Assembly (NCBI GenBank): GCA_036390755.1
Contig: DASWBH010000389.1
Coordinates: 7,269-71,268 of the forward strand
Direction: 5' to 3'
DNA length: 64,000 nt
From: Thermoanaerobaculia bacterium
Lineage (GTDB): Bacteria > Acidobacteriota > Thermoanaerobaculia > Gp7-AA8
Shown here one piece after another: positions 1 to 11,200 of the stretch. How positions within the stretch are numbered: position 1 is the stretch's first letter; each line of letters begins with the position of its first letter. Both the position numbers and the translations under genes were made by a program. The notes beneath the pieces are model-generated. The model searched no databases and was not told the DNA's origin. It saw nothing but the letters and a program-made list of their open reading frames with translations.

Positions 1-388
1 CGTCATCGCCGTCCCGGGCGACACCGTGTCGATGATCGACAACCAGCTCCTCGTCAACGGCAAAGCCGCCAAGTGGTCCGGCATGATGCCGGCCGAGGAT
101 GAGGAGCAGGGGCTGACGCTGATCACGAACGAGACGCTGTTCGGCCGCACGCATCCGATGATGCTCACGCCGCACGTCGCCGCGGTCCGCTCCTTCGGTC
201 CCATCACCGTTCCCATCGGTCAATACTTCGTCCTCGGCGACAACCGGGACAACAGCAACGACAGCCGCTTCATCGGATTCATCTCGCGGAAGAGCATCAT
301 CGGGCGGGCCATGGCCGTTGCCTTCTCGCTCGACCGCGAGCATCATTTCGCCCCGCGTTTAGACCGTTTTTTCAAGAAGCTGCAGTAG
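1..388 (+). CDS. lepB: Signal peptidase I, C-terminal fragment (5' end lies outside the window)
   Basis: The translation contains the canonical SPase I box GDNRDNSNDSRFIGF. The ORF runs off the window start. Confidence 0.8.
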   Translation, partial: VIAVPGDTVSMIDNQLLVNGKAAKWSGMMPAEDEEQGLTLITNETLFGRTHPMMLTPHVAAVRSFGPITVPIGQYFVLGDNRDNSNDSRFIGFISRKSIIGRAMAVAFSLDREHHFAPRLDRFFKKLQ

Positions 389-401
389 ACCAGGAGGCTC
401 A

Positions 402-899
402 ATGCGCAGACTCGCAGTTCTAGGGATCTTCGCTGCGTTCGCTCTCACCGCGAGCGCGCAGAAGGTCATGATCCCGTCGCAGACGTCGAACCCGAACGTG
501 GTGCTGACGCCGGCGCAACCCCAGCAGAACGTCGACATGAACCTCGACAAAGCGCGCCGCATCTCGCGCGACGAGGCCATGAAGCTGGTCAAGGAGCACA
601 AGGCCGTCCTCGTCGACGTCCGCGGCAAAGAGGCGTACGACGCCGGCCACATCAAGGGAGCCGTCAGCATGCCGTGGAACGAGATCGTCTCCCGCGTGAA
701 GGAGCTCCCGCCGAGGAAGATGATCGTCACGTACTGTGCTTGACAGAACGAGCACACAAGCGCCCGTGCGGTGCTGGAACTCAATGCTCACGGAATCAAG
801 AACACGGCCGCGCTCCTCGGCGGCTGGAACCAGTGGACGGCTCTCGGACTGCCGACCGAAACGTCCTGGGACAAACAGGCCAAAGAGAAGAAGAAGTAG
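402..899 (+). CDS. Periplasmic single-domain rhodanese-like sulfurtransferase with an in-frame TGA at 741-743; candidate selenoprotein or pseudogene
   Basis: Signal peptide MRRLAVLGIFAAFALTASA, followed by a rhodanese fold (KAVLVDVR...GHIKGA..). The frame reaches IVTYCA-TGA and continues in the same frame as QNEHTSARAVLELNAHGIKNTAALLGGWNQWTALGLP up to TAG at 897-899. The TGA aligns with the catalytic Cys of the CX5(S/T) active-site loop (GlpE: C-YHGNS-S). Confidence 0.55.
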
Positions 900-956
900 A
901 TCGACGCGTCTCAAACGGTCCGAAAGGCAGGTCGCAAGGCCTGCCTTTTTTGTTAA

Positions 957-2243
<1,287 letters not shown>

Positions 2244-2306
2244 GGAACCCTAGTCCTCGCCCTTCTGCCTTTTGACTTCTGCCCTCTGCCTTTATCTGTC
2301 AACATA

Positions 2307-2735
2307 TTGACCATGGCCGAGGAGCGCGATGTCGTTGCCGGAGTGATCCAGCTCGGCAATCTGCTCGTGCGCCGGCTCGCTCCGCTGTTCGAGCACGCGA
2401 ACGTCACGCCGCAGCAGTGGGCGGTGCTCTCGGCGATCGGCGATCAGCCGACCAATCTGGCCGCTCTGGCGCGCAAGCTCGCGGTGTCGAAACAGAACAT
2501 GACCGGCATGATGGCGCGGCTCGAGCAGCTCGGGTTCATCGAGCGCTCCGAAAATCCGCAGGACCTCCGCGCATCGCGCGTTCAGCTCACGCGCCGCGGC
2601 CGCGCGCTGATCGAGAAGCTCCGCCCTGCGTACGAGGAGTGGAGGAAGACGCTCGGCCGCGCGTTGCCGGAGCGCGACCTGCAAACGCTCACGCGCGCGG
2701 TCAACCGCCTGATTGCGCAGCTCGAGGAACGATAG
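2307..2735 (+). CDS. MarR family transcriptional regulator
   Basis: 142-aa winged-helix MarR-like protein (..VTPQQWAVLSAIGDQP..LARKLAVSKQNMTGMMARLEQLGFIER..). Confidence 0.8.
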   Translation: MTMAEERDVVAGVIQLGNLLVRRLAPLFEHANVTPQQWAVLSAIGDQPTNLAALARKLAVSKQNMTGMMARLEQLGFIERSENPQDLRASRVQLTRRGRALIEKLRPAYEEWRKTLGRALPERDLQTLTRAVNRLIAQLEER

Positions 2736-3909
2736 GGCCGACGACCACACGGTTGCGTCCGAGACGCTTGGCTTCGTAGAGACGTTCGTCGGCGGTATGG
2801 AACAGCACGTCGGCGAGCTCGCCGTCGTCGGGGAAGATCGCCGCACCGATGCTGATCGTGACCTGCGTTCCGTCGGCCGCTGCGGGAAGCCCGGCGACGT
2901 TCGCGCGAATGCGTTCGGCGACGCGCGCGAGCGCTTCCGCGTCGGCGAGCGGGACGATCACCGCGAACTCCTCGCCGCCGTAACGCGCCGGGAAGTCGAC
3001 CGCGCGCACCGTCTCGCGGATCACCTGCGCGACGCGCTGAAGCGCCGCGTTCCCGGCGAGGTGCCCGAAGCGGTCGTTGTACATCTTGAATCGATCGAGA
3101 TCGAGGATGAGGACGCCGAAGCGCTCGGCGTATCGCATGGCGCGGGCGATCTCGACATCGCTCCGTTCGCGAAATGCCCGGAAGTTCGGGAGTCCGGTGA
3201 GGTCGTCGGTCCGGGCGCGTGCGTTGAGCTCGTCGGCCATGTGGTTGAAGGCAACGCCAAGCTTCGCGACGTCGAGGTCACCGCCCACCGGCGCACGCGC
3301 GGTCACGTCTCCGGCGGCGATCCTGTCCGCGGCTTCAGCAAGCTTCTCGATCGGACGGACCACGCGGTGGTGCGTGAGCGTGGCCAGCGCAAAGCTGAGG
3401 ATGACGATGATCCAGGCGACGCCGATGCCGGTCAGCATCATGCCGTTCGCGTCGTGCTCGAGGGTCGGGAGTTGCCGGGCGATCACGCTCTTGTGCGCCT
3501 CGATGAGGCGCTGAGCCTCGACCACGATGCGAACCGACTCGGCGTTGAGCTCGCCCTGCGGCGCGCGCGTAAGCAGCAGCATGCGATACGCGCGGACCCG
3601 CACGCGCAGGGCCGAAGTGTCGATGGATTGGACGGCGCGGGAGTCGAGGAGTTGCTCGACGGCGTCATAGCGGTCGACGGCGCTGGCGTCAGTTCCCTGC
3701 AGCTTTCCGCGAAATGCGTTCTGAGCGCGAATGAGCTCGTCGAGACGCCCGATCGCTTCGGTCTCGACCGAGATCAGGCGCGACCACCGCTCCTGCGACT
3801 GCCTGGCCCGCCAGCTCAGACCGAACGTGATCAGAAGGAGAGCGCACGCGAATGCGGCCGTCAGCCACGTCACCCGCGTTCGCAACCGGATCCTGGACAC
3901 TTGAAACAA
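2701..3909 (-). CDS. Membrane-anchored diguanylate cyclase (GGDEF domain)
   Basis: N-terminal TM helices and a C-terminal GGDEF domain with RYGGEEF and DRFKMYNDRFGHLAGN. Confidence 0.85.
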   Translation of the reverse strand: MFQVSRIRLRTRVTWLTAAFACALLLITFGLSWRARQSQERWSRLISVETEAIGRLDELIRAQNAFRGKLQGTDASAVDRYDAVEQLLDSRAVQSIDTSALRVRVRAYRMLLLTRAPQGELNAESVRIVVEAQRLIEAHKSVIARQLPTLEHDANGMMLTGIGVAWIIVILSFALATLTHHRVVRPIEKLAEAADRIAAGDVTARAPVGGDLDVAKLGVAFNHMADELNARARTDDLTGLPNFRAFRERSDVEIARAMRYAERFGVLILDLDRFKMYNDRFGHLAGNAALQRVAQVIRETVRAVDFPARYGGEEFAVIVPLADAEALARVAERIRANVAGLPAAADGTQVTISIGAAIFPDDGELADVLFHTADERLYEAKRLGRNRVVVGPIVPRAAQSGG

Positions 3910-5177
3910 GGATAATCCGCCGCGTGATCGATTTGGAATCGATCTACCTGCAGGCGCTCGGGCAGTGCTCGCCCGAAAGACTGATCGCAGTGCGCAGAGC
4001 GCGGAGCGCAGGCTTCAAGACGGTCGTTGCCATCGGCAAGTGCGCCGGGCGGCTGGTGGACGGCCTCGGCGACTTCGAGCGAGCGTTTGTGGCGATTCCG
4101 AAGGGGTATCCGCCACCCGTCATTCTGAGCGCCGAAGAGCGCGAAGAATCTGGGCGGGGGCAAGCGAGCCACCACCCGGATTCTTCGCCGTCTTCGCGGC
4201 TCAGGATGACACGCGGCGGCCACCCCGACATCGACGACGACAGCTTTCGCGCAGGCGACCAGCTCCTTCGTTTCATCGATGAAAGCGACGATGTTCTCTT
4301 CCTCATCTCCGGTGGTGGCTCGGCATGCGTCGAGGTTCCGCTCGATCCTTTCACGCGCGACGAGATCGTCACGACGAACCGGCAGCTCGTCGCATCCGCG
4401 CTGCCGATCGGCGACATCAACATCGTGCGGAAGCATCTCTCCGCCATCAAAGGAGGCCGCCTCGCCGCGCGCGTACGCGGACGCTCGCTGACGCTCGTCT
4501 ACTCCGATGTGTCGACCGGCGCGATCGGCGACGTCGCGTCCGGCCCGACCGTCGCCGACTCATCCACCAACGAGCACGCCGCGCAGCTCCTCGAACGGAT
4601 CGGCGGTTCCGCGCGCGTCGTCGAAAAACTTCGCGATCCGAAGTTGCCTGAGACGATCCGCGACGTCGCGAGCTCGCGTGCGGAGATCATCGCGGACAAC
4701 ATGACGCTGACCGCCACCGCGGCGCGTCTCGTCCGCGGCGCCGGATTCGAGCCGGTCCTCTGGCCGGATCAGATCGAGACACCGGTCGACGAGGCCGCGC
4801 AGTTTCTTGCGGATCGCTGCAGGTCGCTTCGGCGACGCGAAGTGCTCGTCGCCGGGGGCGAGCCGACCGTCGCGCGGCGCGGCAGCGGACGGGGCGGCCG
4901 CTGTTGTGAGCTCGCCGTCCGTTTCGCGCTGGGCAGTGACAATCCTGCACTTTTCGGCAGCTCCGACGGCCTCGACGGAAGCAGCGGCATCGCCGGCGTC
5001 GTCGTTCATGGCGGGGCGGGGCGGATCGCCGGCACACTTCGCAAACTTCTCGACACCTCTGATTCACTCGAGGCCGCGCACTTGATCGGGCGAGCCGTTA
5101 TCATTCCCCCGACGGGGAACAATCTCCGCGATCTCTTTCTCGTAGCGGCAGATAACGGCGTAATGGCTCAACCTTAG
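3852..5177 (+). CDS. Glycerate 2-kinase (MOFRL family) carrying an in-frame palindromic-repeat insertion
   Basis: Motifs VVAIGKCAGR, GGHP, VLFLISGGGSACVEVP and the MOFRL C-terminus are present. A loop insertion VILSAEEREESGRGQASHHPDSSPSSRLRMT is encoded by the repeat at 4119-4210. The start is uncertain: the first 58 nt overlap the GGDEF gene, and an alternative GTG lies near 3925. Confidence 0.75.
   Translation: MRPSATSPAFATGSWTLETRIIRRVIDLESIYLQALGQCSPERLIAVRRARSAGFKTVVAIGKCAGRLVDGLGDFERAFVAIPKGYPPPVILSAEEREESGRGQASHHPDSSPSSRLRMTRGGHPDIDDDSFRAGDQLLRFIDESDDVLFLISGGGSACVEVPLDPFTRDEIVTTNRQLVASALPIGDINIVRKHLSAIKGGRLAARVRGRSLTLVYSDVSTGAIGDVASGPTVADSSTNEHAAQLLERIGGSARVVEKLRDPKLPETIRDVASSRAEIIADNMTLTATAARLVRGAGFEPVLWPDQIETPVDEAAQFLADRCRSLRRREVLVAGGEPTVARRGSGRGGRCCELAVRFALGSDNPALFGSSDGLDGSSGIAGVVVHGGAGRIAGTLRKLLDTSDSLEAAHLIGRAVIIPPTGNNLRDLFLVAADNGVMAQP
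4119..4210. repeat. Imperfect palindromic repeat of about 92 bp, family 1 copy 1, in-frame inside the glycerate kinase CDS
   Basis: gtcattctgagcgccgaagagcgcgaagaatctggg ... cccggattcttcgccgtcttcgcggctcaggatgac. The two arms are reverse complements of each other. It is about 90 percent identical to the copy at 30223-30310. Confidence 0.8.
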
Positions 5178-5204
5178 CAAGCGCCGCCGTCGTCACCGGC
5201 AGCA

Positions 5205-8200
5205 ATGGACGAGAGCACACAGAACAGCCACACGCTGTTTCCGCACGAGACGGGTCCTGGACACCACCGCTCGGCACGCGAACGCCAGCGCCAGGGACCG
5301 ATGTGGGGCTGTCTCAAGGCGATCGTCATCGTCGGCGTCGTCGGCTTCGTCCTCCTCTTCCTCATCATCGGCGGCGGCTGGTGGTATCTCGGCTCGCGCA
5401 GTTTCGCGGACCTTGTCTCGCGACGGATCGCCGAGACGCTCAAGGCGCGCCTCGGCCGCGACGTCTCGATTGGACTCGTCACCATCGATCGCGAGCATCT
5501 GCGCCAGGTCGTTCTGAACGACGTCCGCATCGCCAACGCACCCGGCGCCCTGAATCCGTACTTCGCCACCGTCAAACAGGTCGTCATCACCGGCGGCGTC
5601 GATTCGTTCTGGGGACGGAAGATCAAAGTCGGCCGCATCGATGTGGTCGAGCCAAAACTCTGGTTCGAGATCTATCCGGCCGGCTCGACGCTCGTCCACA
5701 ACTTCCCGCGCTGGAACTCGGGGCCGCCCAGCCGTTACGAGATCGTCCACATCGAGATGGGCATGCTCTACGCGCGGAACGGCATGTTCACATTCCTCGA
5801 CCGCCGCCATCAGATCACCGCCGTCGCGACGAATCTCACCGCGCAGATGAAAGTCACCAGAGCCCAGGATTTGTATGCGGGGGTGGTGGTGAGCCCGCTG
5901 ATGACGGTGAGCATTCAGGACTACCTGCCCGTCAATGTCGATCTTCGCGGCGGATTCCGCTTCACGCCCGGCCGGCTCGAGCTGCAGTCGATCGCGATGA
6001 AAGGTCAGGGCATCCAGGCGTTCGTCTCCGGGAGCGTCGCGCCGCTGAGTGAAGCCGCATACAACCTGCGAGTGACTGCGCAGACGGATCTCGATCGCAT
6101 CCGCCAGATTTTCCGGGTCAACAAAACACTCCAGGGCGTCGTTGCCATCGACTCGCGTCTCGCCGGCAAAGCGGGCACGTTCACGCTCGACGGCGGCTGG
6201 GTGTCGGCCGACATCATCGCCGACGCGTACGAGCTGACGAAGGCAAAGGGACACCTGAACGTCACCGGCGACCGGACGATCGTCGACGTCGAATCGGCCC
6301 GCTACGGCGGCGGAACGATCGCTGCGCACTACATCCTCACCAAGTACGCGGAGCCGTATCCGATGAACGTCGAGCTACGCTACAAGGGCGTCTCGGTCGA
6401 GCAGCTCTTCAACGACTGGACAATTCGCGACACCGGATTGCGTGCGGGCGCCAGCGGAACGCTGACGTACCACTGGAACAAGGACAAGATCCTCGAAGGC
6501 GCCGGCAGCGGAACAGCGACGCTCGCGAAGAACGCCGTCGCGTTCTCCGGCGCGACGTATCCGATTCCCGTCGGCGGCTCGACCGACTTCGAGCTCGACA
6601 ACGGCGTCGTCACGTTCCGCCGCGCGGAGCTCGATACCGACGCGTCGCACATCAGCCTGACCGGCACGCTGCGCATCGCCGATGTCTACACGAACCTGCA
6701 GGCGAAGATTCACAGCTCGGATTTCAGCGAGCTCGATCGCGCCGGCTTCAACTTCGCCCACTCCGCTGGCAAGAAGACGTACACGCTCCTCGGCCTCGGC
6801 GGCGCCGGCGACATCACCGGCAGCGTGCGCGGAACGCTGAAGACGCCCGAAGTCGTCGCCCATGTCAGCGGCACCGGCACGAAGTACAACAACGTGCTCC
6901 TCGGCGCAGCGGACATCGATCTGCACTACGACGGAACGAAAAGCCTGCTGACGTTCGATCGCGCGATCTTCAGCGAAGCAGGCGGACGGCTCTCGCTCAC
7001 CGGCACGCTCGTGTTCCCCGATCGCGGACCGTCGCCGCAGTTCGACATCGCCGTCGACGCGACGAACTACCCGATCGACCGCGCGATGGCCGCGGTGAAT
7101 CTGAAGCTGAACGTCGGCGGCGGAGTGGGCACCGGGAAACTCATCGTGACCGGGACACCGGACGAGGGCAAAGTGACGTTCGTCAACATGACCGTCCAGC
7201 AGGGCGCATCGCAGCTGCGGCTCGCCGGCGACGTGAACTGGCTGCCGGGCAAAGGCAACGTCCGATTCAATCTCGACATCGCCGCGCGCGAGTTCCCGGT
7301 CAAGAGCATCCTCACGTTCCTCGACCTCGGCACGTTCCCTGTGACCGGCAATCTCACCGGCACGCTGCACCTCGAGGGGCCGAAGAGCGCGCTCCAGGGT
7401 GCCGGTGCGGTCACCGTTCGCAACGGCACGATCTACGGCGAGCCGGTGAACGCCGCCACCGCGGACATCAACTTCACGCAAGGCAAGCTGCGCGCAACGA
7501 ACATCAACGTCACCGCGCCGGCCGGGAACATCAAAGGCGAGGCGGAGCTGAACCTGACCACGAATCAGTTCAGCTACAACATCACGTCGAGCTCGATCGA
7601 CCTGTCGCGCATCACGCTGCTGCAATCGCTCAAGGGACTCCTCGGCGGCAACGTCGTGCTGACGTCGAGCGGCGGAGGCACGTTCGAGAATCCGGAGCTG
7701 GTCGTCGAGGCGACGCTCAACCAGACCACGCTGCGGGGGCTCAACTATCCCGCCGACGCGCCGCCGCCGTCGCTCTACATCGCCATCCGCGGCGGACGCC
7801 TCATCGTGCGCGGATCCGCCGCGAACGTGCTGACGATCGAAGGCGAGGGCGCAGTCGGTCAGGACATGACCGTCGACGGCACGGTGCGCGTGACGATCAC
7901 CGATATCGCGAAGGTCCTGGCGATGTCGCCGAACACCGCGACGATTCCCGCGGCGGGAAACGCCATCGTCGACCTGCACCTCGGCGGGAAGCTCACCTCA
8001 ATCGAGGCGCTGCGAATCGACGCGACCGTTCCTACGCTGAGCCTGCGCGTCTCCGAGCACGAGTTCACGCCGCGCGCGCCGCTGCGCATCGGCCTGCGCG
8101 ACGGCCGGGTCGTCTTCGACTCGTTCGATCTGCAGCGGACCGATTCCGTCTTCGCCGTCACCGGCTTCGCGGAAATTACGGGAGCGAAACGCCTCGGCGT

Positions 8201-11200
8201 CGATGTTCACGGCGACCTCGAAGCGGCGCTGCTGCAGCTGTTCATGAAAGACGTTCGCGCAGACGGCCACGTGGCGCTCGCGCTGTCGATCCGTGGAACG
8301 CTCGCGGCGCCCGCACTGCACGGCACCGCCGAGCTGCAGAACGCGCAGGTGAAGTTCGCCGGCTTCCCGCAGCTGATCGACAACATCAACGGCACGCTCG
8401 TCTTCAACGGCGAGCGCGTCGACATCGACTCGCTCCGCGCGATGGTCGGCGGCGGCACAGTCGTCGCGGGCGGTTTCGTCACCCTCGCCGGAATGACGCC
8501 GAGCCAGTTCGGAGTGACGCTGCAGGGAACGAACGTCTCGATCCGCTACTACGAAGGGCTGACGGTCGAAGGGACGTTCAACCTGCGCGTCGGCGGCGAT
8601 CTCGAGCGCATGACCGTGACCGGCGACGCGAACGTGACGCGCGCGCTCTACTTCAAGGACTTCAACTTCCAGCAGTCGCTGCTCAACGTCGTGCTGTCGC
8701 GCCGGGGAGTGACGCCGATCGTGGCGGCGTCGTGGCAGGATCGTGTGGGCCTTCGGCTTCACGTCGTCGCGCCGAACACGCTCGCGGTCCGGAACAACGT
8801 CGCGAACGTCACCGGCAGCGCTGAGGTCGATGTCACAGGCACCCTGGCGAATCCGGTCATCATCGGCGACGTCACGCTCAACGAAGGCGGCACGGTCACA
8901 TTCCAGAGTGTCGATTACCGTGTCATGCGCGGCACGATCAACTTCCAGAATCCGTTTCGCATCGATCCCTACTTCGACGTCACGCTCGAAGGCCGGGTCT
9001 CCGGCGGCATCTCGGAGATTGAGACGGGCCCGCTCGACGTCACCGTCAACATCACCGGCACGCTCGACCGCATTTCGCCGACGATCACGAGCGACCCCCC
9101 CGCCAGCGACATCACGTTGTTCTCCATCCTTGGCTTCGGCTCGCTGTCGCGCCAGGGCACCGGAACGGCCGGAGCGCAAAACATTCCGGGCGTCGGTCAG
9201 TCGCTGCTGATCCAGAGCCTCGCGTCCGCGCTCGGATCGCGCATCTTCCCGTTCGCTGACTCGTTCACCTACGACCCCGGCCAGCTCGACACGTCGCTCG
9301 GCGCGGGCCGCAAAGTCTCGTTCGAGAAACGTGTCTCGAACGCCGTGCGGCTGTTCGTCGTCTACAACCTCGATAACGCGAAGGCGCGCGAAGTTGTGGA
9401 GTGGGCGGCGAACCGCGACTGGACGATGCAGCTGACGAACGATCAGTCGGCGAACCAGTACCGCGTCGACGCCCGTTTCCGCAGGCTCTACGAAGGCCGC
9501 TGGTCCCTCGGCGGTCACGGACGCGGCGCCGAGATCTTTCCGCTCGCCTCGATCACGGCCGTGCTTTCGCCGACGACGATGACTCCGGCGGCACCCCCGC
9601 TTCCGACGACCGCAGTCGCCGGCGTTCCCACGGGTTCTCCCGTGACGAGCGTGCAGTTCCGGTTCGATAAGCCGCTGGCGACGACGACGCTCGCGCAGTA
9701 CGTCACGGTGAAAACCGGTCAGCCGCTTTCGCTGCGCGACGTGCAGAACACGATCAAGGCGCTGTTCGCCACCGGCAATTTCCGCGACGTTCGCGTCGAT
9801 GCGACACCCGCAGCGAACGGAGTTCAGGTCACCGTTTCGCTGTATCTCAACTATCGCGTCGGGAAGATCGTGTACGACGGGATCAGCGGCTCCGGGCGAA
9901 CCCGGGCGACGCGCGATCTTCGCGTCCACTCCGGCGACGTGCTCTCGCTCAACGCCCTCGACAACGGCGCGGCGTCGATTCAGGAAGAGCTGAACCGCGA
10001 CGGCTACCTCGAAGCTGCGGTCGATCCGGAGACGACATTCCTTCAGGACCGCAATATCGCCGACATCACGTTCCACGTGACGACCGGACCGCGTGCAAAG
10101 GTCGGCAGCGTGACCGTTGCCGGAAATCTCGCGCCGTTCTCGGAGCAGGAGCTGATCGGACGGATGAAGGAGAAGCCGGGTGCGATGTTCCGGCTGCTCG
10201 ACGCGCGATCCGACGCCGACCGGATGAAGAACTACGTCGTCCGGCGCGATTACCGGCGCGCAGACGTCGCCTTCGACTCCGATACGTACGACGCGGCGTC
10301 GAAGACCGTCGCGCTGCGCTATCACGCCACGATCGGACCGGTCGTGAAAGTCGAAGTCACCGGCGTGCCGCGCAGTGCGGTCCGCAAAGTCCTGCCGTTC
10401 GCGAGAAACCAGGAGTACAGCGAAGACGCCATCGACCGCGCCGCCGACAACATCGTCCAGCTCTATCAGGAGCGCGGCTACATCAACGCCGCGGTCGACA
10501 CGGAGAACCACCAGACCGACAACACGTGGGTGACCACGTTCAACGTGCGGCCGGGCCAGCGCTTTCACCTGACCGGGGTCACGTTCACGGGCAACATCAA
10601 AGTGTCGGACAAGAGCCTCGCGGCGCAGATTCAGACCGCGCCGAGCGGCGGGATCCGGAGCCTGCTTTCAACCATCTTCCGCCGCTCGACCGGCGTCACC
10701 CGGGCACAACTCAGCGCCGATCGGGACGCGATCGAGTCGTACTACCGAATGCAGGGATTCTCGATCGCGACGGTCGCCACTCCGGTCGCGAACACGCATC
10801 CGGACGGCACGTTGACGATCGACTTCCCCATCGACGAGGGGCCGCAGACGGTCGTGGCGGGGGTGATGATCGAAGGCACCGCGCAGGTCGATGCTGCGAA
10901 ACTGCCGCATCTGCAGGTCAAGCCCGGCGCACCGCTCAATCCGCAGCTCGTCCGCACCGACGTGCTCACGCTGCAATCGTTCTACGCCGATCGCGGCAAC
11001 GCCGAAGTGCAGATCACGCCGCGCATCGACGTGAGCGCCGACAAGACCGCGGCGCATGTGTCGTACGTGATCGCCGAAGGACCGCGCATCAAAGTCGACG
11101 AAGTGATCGTCCGCGGGAACACGTACACGGATTCGGATGTGATCCTGCGTCAGTCCGAGCTCGATAAGGGCGATCCGTTCAGCTACACGAACATCCTCGA

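Noticed and set aside
3852-3924. 58-nt overlap between the glycerate kinase ORF start and the 5' end of the GGDEF gene
   Set aside because: This is probably a start-codon over-extension. An in-frame GTG near 3925 (VIDLESIYLQAL…) would remove the overlap. It is not evidence of a novel overlapping gene.
7998-10568. 856-aa ORF on the minus strand, and many other 100-800-aa antisense ORFs (e.g. 420-914, 1101-2057, 6375-7979, 10668-11822, 20006-21031, 23771-25291, 25583-27337, 40566-41795, 58913-60625, 60597-62003)
   Set aside because: They lie antisense to, or out of frame within, well-supported genes. Their translations are Arg/Ala/Gly-rich low-complexity sequences typical of stop-poor alternative frames in high-GC DNA. 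None has a recognisable domain.
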